64,000 nt of DNA from assembly GCA_963714895.1 (NCBI GenBank), contig CAVQQC010000020.1, positions 21,985-85,984 of the forward strand, in the 5' to 3' direction. The DNA comes from Candidatus Sulfomarinibacteraceae bacterium (lineage in GTDB: Bacteria; Acidobacteriota; Thermoanaerobaculia; Thermoanaerobaculales; Sulfomarinibacteraceae). The notes under the pieces were generated by a model, which saw only the letters and a program-made list of their open reading frames with translations, had not been told where the DNA came from and did not search any database. A program made the translations under genes and the position numbers. Each line of letters begins with the position of its first letter. Position 1 is the stretch's first letter. Shown here one piece after another: positions 21,355 through 30,132 of this stretch.

Positions 21355-24300
21355 ATGAAGGTCACGCGTCGCTTCACACGCGCCGAGCACGATCCGTACG
21401 AGTCCATCGAATTTATCGAGAGGTCGTCGGAGATCCGCAATCCCGACGGCAGCGTGGTCTTCTCCATGGACGGGATCAAGGTCGCCGAAGACGTGGTCCC
21501 AGGTCGCGGTCGACGTCCTCGTCCAGAAGTACTTCCGCAAGGCGGGAGTGCCGCAACTCGACGAGGAGGGCAACCCCGAGATGTCGGAAAGCGGGGAACC
21601 GCTCACCGGCCCCGAGCGCGACGCCCGCCAGGTCTTCGACCGGCTCGCCGGCTGCTGGACCCACTGGGGCAAGGAGCACGGCTACTTCGACACGCGACGA
21701 GGACGCCGAAGGCCTTCCACGACGAGCTCTGCTACATGCTGGCCGGCGCAGATCGCCGCGCCCAACTCTCCGCAGTGGTTCAACACCGGGCTCCACTGGG
21801 CCTACGGCATCACCGGCCCCGCCCAGGGCCACTGGTACGCCGACCCGAAGACCGGCAAGCTCAAGACCTCGTCGAGCGCCTACGAGCACCCGCAGCCGCA
21901 CGCCTGCTTCATCCAGTCGGTCGCCGACGATCTGGTGAACGAGGGCGGCATCATGAACCTGTGGGTCCGCGAAGCCCGCCTGTTCAAGTACGGTTCGGGG
22001 ACCGGCACCAACTTCTCGCAGCTGCGCGGCCACGGCGAACCGCTCTCCGGCGGCGGCCGTTCCTCGGGTCTGATGTCCTTCCTCAAGATCGGCGACCGCG
22101 CGGCCGGCGCCATCAAATCAGGCGGCACCACCCGCCGCGCGGCCAAGATGGTGTGCCTCGATCTCGACCACCCCGACATCGAGGAGTTCATCTCCTGGAA
22201 GGCGGTGGAAGAGCGCAAGGTGGCCGCGCTGGTCACCGGATCGCGGCTCTTGCGGCGCCAGCTGCAGGAGATCCTCGACGCGTGCTTCCCGAACGGCTCG
22301 GGCGATCCGGTCATGGACTCTGGAGAAGAACGCCGACCTCAAGACGGCGATCCGGACCGCGCGCCGGCGGGGCGTGCCGGACGGTTCCGATCCAGCGCGT
22401 GCTGCAGCTCGCCGCGCAGGGCGTGCAGACCTATCCGGTCGAAGAGTACGACACCGACTGGGACTCGGACGCCTACTACACGGTGTCGGGCCAGAACGCC
22501 AACAACAGCGTCCGGGTGCCCAACGCCTTCTTCGGCGCCCTCGAGGTCAACCGCGACTGGACCCTGGTCAACCGCACCGACGGTGCGGTGGCGAAGAAGG
22601 TCCCGGCGGCCAAGCTGTGGAACGACATCACCCTCGCGGCCTGGGAGTGCGCCGATCCCGGCCTCCAGTTCGACGACACCATCAACGAGTGGCACACCTG
22701 CCCGGCGAGCGGGCGCATCAACGCCTCCAACCCCTGTTCCGAGTACATGTTCCTGGACGACACGGCGTGCAACCTGGCGTCGCTGAACCTGGTGCGCTTC
22801 CTCGATTCAGGACCAGACATTTCGACATCGAGCTCTTCCGTCACGCGGTCCGGCTGTGGACGATCGTGCTCGAGATCTCGGTGCTGATGGCCTCGTTCCC
22901 GAGCCGCCGGATCGCCGAGCTGAGCTATCGCTACCGCACCCTGGGTCTCGGCTTCGCCAACATCGGATCGTTGCTGATGCGGCTGGGCATCCCCTACGAC
23001 TCCGACAAGGGCCGTTCGATCTGCGGCGCCATCACCGCCATCATGACCGGCGAGTCCTACGCGACCTCGGCCGAGATGGCCGCCGAGCTCGGTCCCTTCC
23101 CGGGCTTCGAGGAAAACCGCGAGCACATGCTGCGGGTCATCGGCAACCACCGCCGGGCCGCCTACGACGCGCCGGCCGAGATGTACGAGGGCCTGACGAT
23201 CAAACCTGACGGGCCTGTCCGCGGAGACCACGCCGCCCGATCTGCTCGCAGCCGCCCGCGAGGCCTGGAACCGGGCGGTCGAGCTCGGCACCGAGCACGG
23301 CTTCCGCAACGCCCAGGCGACGGTGCTCGCCCCGACCGGCACCATCGGTCTGGTGATGGACTGCGACACCACCGGCATCGAGCCCGATTTCGCTCTGGTC
23401 AAGTTCAAGAAGCTCGCCGGCGGCGGCTATTTCAAGATCATCAACCAGGGCATCCCGTCGGCCCTCACGACCCTCGGCTACACCGACCGAACAGATCGAC
23501 GAGATCGTCGCCTACACGATCGGCCACGGCACCCTCGACGGGTGCCCGACGATCGATCACGAGGCCCTGCAACGCCAAGGGCTTCACCGACGAGGTCATC
23601 GCACAGGTCGAGAAGGCGCTGCCGACCTCCTTCGACATCGGCAACGCCTTCGCGCCGCACGTGGTCGGCGAGGACATTCCTCCGCGGTCTCGGTATCACC
23701 GATGACGAGATTGGCGACTGGACTTTCGACGTGCTCGCCTCGTCTCGGGTTCACGCGACCCAGGAGATCGAGACCGCCAACACCTGGGCCTGCGGCACCA
23801 TGACCGTCGAGGGCGCGCCGCACCTCGCCGACGAAGCACCTGCCGGTCTTCGACTGCGCCAACCGTTGCGGCAAGAAGCGGCACCCGCTCGATCCGCTAC
23901 GACGGCCACATCCTGATGATGGCCGCGGCCCAGCCCTTCATCTCGGGCGCCATCTCCAAGACCATCAACATGCCCGCCGAGGCGACCCTCGACGACATCA
24001 AACGCGCCTACTACCTGGCCTGGCAGAAGATGCTCAAGGCGGTCGCGCTCTACCGCGACGGCTCCAAGCTGAGCCAGCCTCTGGGCATCGCCATGGACGT
24101 CGAGGAGGAGGAGGCGCTGGCCGAGGCGGTCGCCACGGGCGACGCCGGCCAAGGTCGCCGAGTCGATGGCCGAACGGGTCGTGATCCGCTACCAGGCGCG
24201 CCGCCACCGCCTGCCCGGCCGGCGCACCGGCTTCACCCAGAAGGCCTCGGTCGGCGGCCACAAGGTCTACATCCGCACCGGCGAGTACGAGGACGGCTCG

Positions 24301-24881
24301 GTCGGCGAGATCTTCCTCGACATGCACCGCGAGGGCGCCGCCTTCCGGTCGCTGATGAACTGCTTCGCGATCGCGGTGTCGCTCGGTCTGCAGTACGGCG
24401 TGCCGCTCGAGGAGTACGTCGACGCCTTCGTCTTCACCCGCTTCGAGCCCTCGGGCATGGTCGGCGGCCACGACCGCATCAAGATGGCGACCTCGGTCAT
24501 CGACTACATCTTCCGCGAGCTCGCCATCACCTACCTCGACCGCGACGACCTCGCCCAGGTCTCGCTCGAGGACCTCCGCCACGACGCGGTCGGCACCGGC
24601 TCCGACCAGCACAAGATTCCGCCCAACGACGAGGACATGGCCGAGGTCCACCCGATCGCCGTCAACCAGAGCGGCGGCAACACGGTCACCGCGTCGTCCG
24701 GCAAAGGCCGTCGCCACCGGACGCACCTACGCTCGGGAGCCAGGCCCAGGCGGCCGCCCAGAAGGCGCGCTACATGGGCTACGAGGGCGACCCCTGCCCC
24801 GAGTGCGGCTCGCTCACCCTCGTCCGCAACGGCACCTGCCTCAAGTGCGACTCGTGCGGGGGAACGACCGGTTGCTCCTGA
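21355..24881 (+). pseudogene. nrdJ: Class II (adenosylcobalamin-dependent) ribonucleotide reductase, more than 12 frameshifts
   Basis: The N-terminus is [20 protein letters not shown]… Conserved blocks are …[15 protein letters not shown]…, …[12 protein letters not shown]…, …[21 protein letters not shown]…, …LAPTGTIGLVMDCDTTGIEPDF…, …[12 protein letters not shown]… The C-terminus is a Zn ribbon, [22 protein letters not shown]. These pieces are scattered over all three forward frames. Confidence 0.9.
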
Positions 24882-24893
24882 CGGAGCAACCAC

Positions 24894-24928
24894 AGTTTTG
24901 AGTTCTTAGTTTTGAGTTTTGAGTTTTT
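24894..24928. repeat. Tandem heptamer array (GAGTTTT-like)x5
   Basis: agttttgagttcttagttttgagttttgagtttttt starts 13 nt after the nrdJ stop. Confidence 0.85.
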
Positions 24929-24942
24929 TCAGAGCATCCACG

Positions 24943-24967
24943 AGCCCCCGGACTTCGGGGGCTTTTT
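24943..24967 (+). terminator. Intrinsic terminator after nrdJ
   Basis: agcccccg-gactt-cgggggct stem-loop followed by TTTTT. A short (ATTTCGG)x2 array follows at 24968-24988. Confidence 0.75.
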
Positions 24968-24996
24968 CAATTTCGGATTTCGGATTGCTACAGGCC

Positions 24997-25084
24997 CTCG
25001 TGCGGCGGAGCGTGCCACTTCAAACATTGTTGGGAGGCACAGACTTCTCCGTCGGCTCGATGCATTGGGCCAACAATGTTTGGG
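24997..25084 (+). repeat. Family-A hairpin element, copy 3
   Basis: GGAGCGTGCCACTTCAAACATTGTTGG … CCAACAATGTTTGGGGTGGCAACTC. Confidence 0.8.
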
Positions 25085-25119
25085 GTGGCAACTCTCGGGA
25101 AGCGCGTGCGGAAACGTGC

Positions 25120-25217
25120 CGCGTCCACCGGACGTGCCGTCTCAAACGACGTTGGGAACTCGGACTCTCGTTGTTGAGCGAATGCTCCAGGCCCAATCAT
25201 CGTTTGAGGGGGCACTC
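25120..25217 (+). repeat. Family-A hairpin element, copy 4 (variant stem)
   Basis: GGACGTGCCGTCTCAAACGACGTTGGG … CCCAATCATCGTTTGAGGGGGCACTC. It is joined to copy 3 by the linker CTCGGGAAGCGCGTGCGGAAACGTGCCGCGT, which recurs at 28040-28075. Confidence 0.75.
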
Positions 25218-25319
25218 ACGGGCAACACCGCCGTGAACATCGGGATGACCCCAACATCCGCCCGGCAGGCGGGACGCCTGCCCCACAATGTCCTCCGTCA
25301 GGTGAAACGCCTCGCCGTT

Positions 25320-25413
25320 GGCAATGCCCAAGTCAATTTCCCCGCCCCTCTGAAATCCGCCAGCGCGAAGCGCGCGGATTTCAGAGGGTGGGTGGGTGGG
25401 GGGCGGGGGCGGG
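25320..25413 (+). repeat. Family-B hairpin element, copy 1
   Basis: GGCAATGCCCAAGTCAA…CCCTCTGAAATCCGC-loop-GCGGATTTCAGAGGGTGGGTGGGTGGGGGG. A second copy lies at 27864-27951. Confidence 0.8.
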
Positions 25414-25575
25414 CCACTCAAAGCGAGGGTTCCCCACTCCCCACGAACCGCCCGCCGGCGCGCCCTGGCGCGCGGGGGCTCGAGGCCGGTCAACCGAGCG
25501 CTTGTGATCGGTTGACCGGCCACGAGCACCCATGGCCGCGATCCCGGATCGCGGGCGGCGGGCCCGGAACAGGCC

Positions 25576-27081
25576 TCAGTCTGCGAGAGGTCCCAAGCCG
25601 GGAACCAGATCGGCGGCGGTGGCCATGTCGGCGGCCATGTAGCGATCCTGCTCGAGACGGGGGACCTGAGCCCGCAGGCGGGCGGCCGCTTCCTCGAGCC
25701 GCGGCGAGGTCTTGAGCGGCCGTTGGAACTCGAGCGCCTGGACGGCGGCGAGGTACTCCATCCCCAGCACCAACCGCGTGAGCTCGACCACCCGGGCCAG
25801 CTTGCGCGCCGCCCAGGTCGACATCGAGACGTGGTCCTCCTGACCGGCCGAGGTCGGGATCGAGTCCACCGACGCCGGGTGGGCCAGGGTCTTGCACTCG
25901 CTGACCAACGCCGCCGCCGAGACCTGGACCATCATGAAGCCCGAGTTGAGCCCGGCGTCGGGCGACAGGAATCTCGGCAGCCCGGAGAGGGCCGTGTCCA
26001 CCATCCGCGCCAGCCGGCGTTCGGAGATCGAGGCGAGGTCGGTGAGGGTGGCCGCCAGGTAGTCGAAGACCGCGGCGATCGGCGCGCCGTGGAAGTTGCC
26101 GCCGGAGATCAACCGCCCCTCGGCAAAGACCATCGGGTTGTCGGTCGCCGAATTGAGTTCGATCGTGAGCACCCGGTGGGCGTGTTCGAGGGCATCGCGG
26201 CCGGCGCCGTGGACCTGCGGCGAGCAGCGCAGGGAGTAGGCGTCCTGGACCCGACCGCACTCGCGGTGGGACTCCCGGATCTCCGAACCGACGAGCAGCT
26301 TGAGGAGGCGGTCGGCGCTGGCCACCTGGCCGGGGTGGGGCCGCGCGGCGTGGACGGCCGGGTCGAAGGCGGCATCGGTGCCGGCCATGGCGTCCAGGGT
26401 CAAGGCGCAGATGACGTCGGCTGCATCGAGCAGGCGCCGGGCATCGGCCACGGCAAGCGCACCCACCGCCGCCGAGGCCTGGGTGCCGTTGATCAGAGCC
26501 AGGCCCTCTTTGGCGTCGAGGTGCAGCGGTTCGAAGCCGGCTCGTGACAGGGCCTCGGCGCCGGACATCCGCTCCCCGTCGACGATCGCCTCGCCCTCCC
26601 CCACCAGCACCAGCGCCAGATGGGCGAGCGGAGCGAGGTCGCCCGATGCGCCGACCGAGCCCTGGCTCGGCACCACCGGGTGCACTCCGGCTTCGAGAAG
26701 CTCGAGGACTCTCTCGACCACCACCGGCCGGCACCCGGCGTGACCGGTTGCGAGAACGTTGGCGCGCAGCAACAGCATCGCCCGGACCACGTCCTCGGCA
26801 AAGGGCTCGCCGACGCCACAGGCGTGCGACAGCAGGAGGTTGAGCTGCAGCTGCTCGAGCTGATCGGGTGAGATCCTGACCTCGGCGAGCTTGCCGAAGC
26901 CGGTGTTGATGCCGTAGACCACCTCGCCCGAGGCCAGGATGTTCTCCACGACCTGGCGGGTCTCCGCCACTCGCGCCTCGCGCACCGGCATCGAGGGTCA
27001 CCGCCCGCACCGTGGCGCGCCACCGCCTCGACCACTTCAATCGTCGAGGGTGCGGCCGTCGACCACCACCGGATCCGTCAT
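25576..27081 (-). pseudogene. hutH: Histidine ammonia-lyase, frameshifts confined to the first ~40 codons
   Basis: 471 aa are intact from …VVENILASGEVVYGINTGFGKL… through the MIO motif GSVGASGDLAPLAH to the stop at 25576. The true N-terminus, MTDPVVVDGRTL… (ATG 27081), and …EVVEAVARHGA… / …AVTLDAGA… are in other frames. Confidence 0.9.
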
Positions 27082-27091
27082 GTCGGCGCCC

Positions 27092-27370
27092 TCAGCCCGC
27101 GGCGAGTCGATCGATGAGATCGATGTAGGCCTGCATGGCCTCGTCGGACGTCATCCCGCGTCGCTTCTCCCACGCCGCGTACTTGGCCGCACCGCGGAAG
27201 TCGAAACCCGACGGCGCCTCGCCCTCGACATCGCCGACGGTCGCCTGTTTGTACAGACCGTAGAGCTCGAGCAGGGTCTCGTTGCCCTGCGACGGCAGTC
27301 CCTTGCCCTTTTCGATGGATGCTTCGAATCTGTTCTTTGAGTTCCACGTCGATTCCTCCCGACGGGGCAT
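27092..27370 (-). CDS. Acyl-CoA-binding protein (ACBP)
   Basis: …LLELYGLYKQATVGDV…GAAKYAAWEKRRGMTSDEAMQAYIDLI… are the hallmark ACBP motifs. Confidence 0.85.
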   Translation of the reverse strand: MPRREESTWNSKNRFEASIEKGKGLPSQGNETLLELYGLYKQATVGDVEGEAPSGFDFRGAAKYAAWEKRRGMTSDEAMQAYIDLIDRLAAG

Positions 27371-27393
27371 TGTAACCGCGCGGCTTCGCCGCG

Positions 27394-27425
<32 letters not shown>

Positions 27426-27517
27426 GTTCATCGCAACTCCCGTCCGAACGTGAATGCCTGGGTGCTCCAAGTGACTGTCTCTCCGGGAAGAGCCTACGGA
27501 TACGACCCGCGTGCGGC

Positions 27518-27605
27518 GGAGCGTGCCATTTTCGACATTGTCGGACGCTCGGAATCTCACGTCGGCAAGATCTTCCGGGCAAACAATGTCGAAGGTGGCA
27601 ACTCC
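27518..27605 (+). repeat. Family-A hairpin element, copy 5
   Basis: GGAGCGTGCCATTTTCGACATTGTC … AACAATGTCGAAGGTGGCAACTCC. Confidence 0.8.
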
Positions 27606-27702
27606 CGGGAAGCGCGTCGGGAGACGCGGGTGCTCTCGAATGCACGCAAGGGGTGCCAGGTCAGAAGAGCGTCACGAATGCCCCTCTGCGACCGCCTTAC
27701 TT

Positions 27703-27867
27703 CTACTTCATCCTCTCCCGAATCCAGTCGAAGACCTCGCGGCGGTGGCCGACTGCCACCACGAGGATCTCGAGCTTTTCGTGCGTCGCCCGGTAGACGA
27801 TGCGCCAGTCGCCTGTCCTCCACGAGCGGAGGCCGCGCAGGGTGTTCTCCGGCAGGTGTCGCACCTC
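27703..27867 (-). pseudogene. RelE/ParE-family toxin remnant (C-terminal ~55 aa only)
   Basis: Manual translation of the third reverse frame gives VEVRHLPENTLRGLRSWRTGDWRIVYRATHEKLEILVVAVGHRREVFDWIRERMK*. The frame has a stop immediately upstream, where the family-B repeat begins. No antitoxin ORF is seen. Confidence 0.6.
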
Positions 27868-27951
27868 GACTCAGGCAACGCCCAGGTCAAAAATCCTCGC
27901 CCCTCTGAAATTCTCGCCGGGCGCAGGCCGTCGGGAATTTCAGAGGGTGGG
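27864..27951 (+). repeat. Family-B hairpin element, copy 2
   Basis: GGCAACGCCCAGGTCAA…CCCTCTGAAATTC-loop-GAATTTCAGAGGGTGGGTGGGTGGGGGG. Confidence 0.8.
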
Positions 27952-27992
27952 TGGGTGGGGGGATACGACCCGCGGGTGGCGAAAGTACCTCT

Positions 27993-28027
27993 ACGTTGAA
28001 CGTTCAACGTTACAACGTTCGAACGCT
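27993..28027. repeat. Tandem array of AACGTT-containing 7-8-mers (x4.5)
   Basis: acgttgaacgttcaacgttacaacgttcgaacgct. Related arrays lie at 55696-55727 and 63836-63851. Confidence 0.85.
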
Positions 28028-28077
28028 GGGTTGTGGCTTCTCCCGGGAAGCGCATGCGGAAACGTACCGCGTGCGGC

Positions 28078-28163
28078 GGAGGTGCCATCTTCAACATTGT
28101 CTGATCCACCTCCGTGCACGAAGGCAGGATCTTTCGGGCAGACAATGATGAAGGTGGCTCCTC
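28078..28163 (+). repeat. Family-A hairpin element, copy 6
   Basis: GGAGGTGCCATCTTCAACATTGTCTG … CAGACAATGATGAAGGTGGCTCCTC. Confidence 0.8.
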
Positions 28164-28234
28164 ACGGGAAGAACGTGCTGAGAATCGGTCCACGCGCGTG
28201 GTCTTGGAAACGGAGAAGCGCTCGGCGGAGAAAT

Positions 28235-28748
28235 CTAGTACGGCGAGAAGCCGCCGTCGGCCCAGTGGTCTTCGCGGACGCCGTTGTAGAGCATCTGCAG
28301 GGCGTCGAGGTGCTGCTTCTCCCAGTCGGCGAGGAACTGGTAGAACTCCTTGACCTCGGTCTCGGAGGTGTTCTCGGCCGCACCCGAGAAGTACTTGATG
28401 GCATTGGTCTCGAGCGTCATGCCGATCGACAGCACCCCGAGCTCGAAGCTGGCGCCGTGGGCCTGCTTCTTGAACTCGTCGGTGAAGATGGTGCCGGTGA
28501 AGGCCTTGAGGTCGGGGTCGCGGTGCGGCATCTTGAAGGCCGCCAGACCCTTCTCTTCGTACGATCCGATCACCGACTGCAGGTAGGCCTTGTGCTGGAC
28601 CTCGTCCCGCGCGAGTTTGTCGAAGAGCTCCTGCACCGCCGGCTTGGTAGGCCCTCTCGGCGGCCATCGAGTAGAAGGTGTAGCCGTCGACCTCGATCTG
28701 GTAGGCCTTGCGCAGGATCTCGCGGATGTCGTCGTTTGCTTGAGGCAT
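28235..28748 (-). pseudogene. Ferritin-like (rubrerythrin-family) protein, one frameshift
   Basis: MPQANDDIREILRKAYQIEVDGYTFYSMAAERAY (28748 frame) continues as …ELFDKLARDEVQHKAYLQSV…EVKEFYQFLADWEKQHLDAL… (28235-28636 frame). Paired E…ExxH di-iron motifs are present. Confidence 0.75.
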
Positions 28749-28774
28749 GTATTGCTCCTCGAATCAGTTCAATT

Positions 28775-28803
28775 CACCACAGAGTCACGGAGGTCACAGA
28801 GGG
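28775..28803. repeat. Tandem 8-9-mer array (TCACAGAGG-like)x3
   Basis: tcaccacagagtcacggaggtcacagagg. The reverse complement (CCTCTGTG) array occurs at 40957-40979. Confidence 0.75.
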
Positions 28804-28897
28804 GTGCCAGGTCAGACGATTCCGACGATCTTCCCTCGGCAGTCGCATTCATCGAAGAACATGTCCAAGATCGTCGGAATCGTCTGACCTGGCACCC
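28802..28897 (-). terminator. Perfect 30-bp inverted repeat (36-nt spacer) immediately after the OFOR/Nuo-like operon
   Basis: gggtgccaggtcagacgattccgacgatct (28802-28831) is the exact reverse complement of 28868-28897. The right arm abuts the stop codon at 28898-28900. There is no U-tract. The arm start GGGGTGCCAGGTCAGA also occurs at 27649-27664. Confidence 0.5.
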
Positions 28898-29368
28898 TCA
28901 CGCTCCTTCCTCAACGGCCAACGCTTCCCGGTCGAGCGGCTCCGGTCGGAGCGCCGCCTCTTCGAGCGGCACCCAGGCGATGGCGCCGGTCGGACAGAAG
29001 GGCACGCACCGCGGGTCGCCGCCGCACAGGTCGCACTTCTGCACGCAGTGGTAGGTCTCGTCCCACATCATGTTGCCGAAGGGACACCCGGCGACGCACA
29101 TCCGGCACGAGATGCACCGCGAGCGCACCATGTCGATGGCGCCGGTCTCCGGGTTGCGCACCAGCGCCTGGGTCGGGCAGACCGCCACGCACCCCGCCTC
29201 TTCGCACTGGAAGCAGACGATCGGCGTGCCGAGTTCGGGACCCCGGCGGTGGATGTTGATGCGGGTCTTCGCGGGCCGGCCCTCGGAGCCGTGGGCGAAG
29301 GCGCAGGCCAGCTCGCACTTGCCGCAGGCGATACAGCGTTCGACGGAGACCTTGTAGATCATCTTCAT
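28898..29368 (-). CDS. 4Fe-4S dicluster-domain protein (HycB/polyferredoxin-like, about 4 clusters)
   Basis: MKMIYKVSVERCIACGKCELAC…CFQCEEAGCVAVCP…CISCRMCVAGCP…CDLCGGDPRCVPFCP. The start ATG overlaps the upstream stop (ATGA). Confidence 0.85.
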   Translation of the reverse strand: MKMIYKVSVERCIACGKCELACAFAHGSEGRPAKTRINIHRRGPELGTPIVCFQCEEAGCVAVCPTQALVRNPETGAIDMVRSRCISCRMCVAGCPFGNMMWDETYHCVQKCDLCGGDPRCVPFCPTGAIAWVPLEEAALRPEPLDREALAVEEGA

Positions 29369-30132
29369 CACTTCACCACCTGGAGCTTGGCGAAGGTCTT
29401 CGCCATCTCCCGCCGTTTGCTGCTGTCGCTCTTTTCGAAGTAGGTGATCGGGACCCCGCTGCGCTTCGCGAAATGCTCGGCCTGCTCCTTGGTGATCACC
29501 GCCTCGCCGGTCTTCGGATCGCGCAGCATCTCGAACTCGCGCCCCCAGATCGAGCGCCGGCTGTTCGAGGTCTCGTAGGGGATGAAGTCGGTCGGGCAGA
29601 TCTCGGCGCACGCCAGACAGCCGATGCAGTCGGGCGGCGGCTGGTTGAAGGGCGGCGCGATCTCGCGGCCCCAGCCGCGGTTGACGCTCGCGATCGCCGA
29701 CACCCCGATGTGGTCGCAGACCCGGGTGCAGAGACCGCACAGGATGCAGTCGGTGGGCTCGGGGTTCGGCTCGTACGAGGTCGCCTCGATGCCGTGTTCG
29801 CGGGCGACTTTCTGAATCAGCGGCGTGTCCGGGCACCGGGCGAGCAGCAGATCGAGCACCACCCGCCGGGTCTCCACCACCCTCTCCGAGTCGGTGACGA
29901 CCGTCATCCCCTCGGCCACCGGGTGGTTGCAGGAGGTGACCACCTTGAAGTAGTCGTCGTCCCAGTTGGCCTCGGACATGTCGACCACGCAGAGGCGGCA
30001 GCCGCCCCACGGTTCCAGACCGTCGAACTGGCACAGGGTGGGGACCTTGACGCCGGCCGCTCGGGCGGCGTCGAGAATGGTGGCGTCGGCATCCACGGTG
30101 ACGCGGCGGCCGTTGACCTGAAGCGTCGGCAT
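29368..30132 (-). CDS. NuoG/HydA N-terminal-like Fe-S protein (2Fe-2S + 4Fe-4S clusters, no catalytic domain)
   Basis: MPTLQVNGRRVTVDADATILDAARAAGVKVPTLC…GGCRLCVV…TSCNHPV…CILCGLCTRVC…CIGCLACAEICP. 254 aa, with a GGAGGTGG Shine-Dalgarno upstream. Confidence 0.8.
   Translation of the reverse strand: MPTLQVNGRRVTVDADATILDAARAAGVKVPTLCQFDGLEPWGGCRLCVVDMSEANWDDDYFKVVTSCNHPVAEGMTVVTDSERVVETRRVVLDLLLARCPDTPLIQKVAREHGIEATSYEPNPEPTDCILCGLCTRVCDHIGVSAIASVNRGWGREIAPPFNQPPPDCIGCLACAEICPTDFIPYETSNSRRSIWGREFEMLRDPKTGEAVITKEQAEHFAKRSGVPITYFEKSDSSKRREMAKTFAKLQVVK

Noticed and set aside
24912-25715. ORFs lying on the repeat islands (24912-25715, 27282-27908, 27511-27999, 27800-29443, 27708-28748 C-terminal part)
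   Set aside because: Their translations are low-complexity and follow the hairpin and heptamer repeats. They have no domain signatures, and their sequences recur wherever the DNA repeat recurs.
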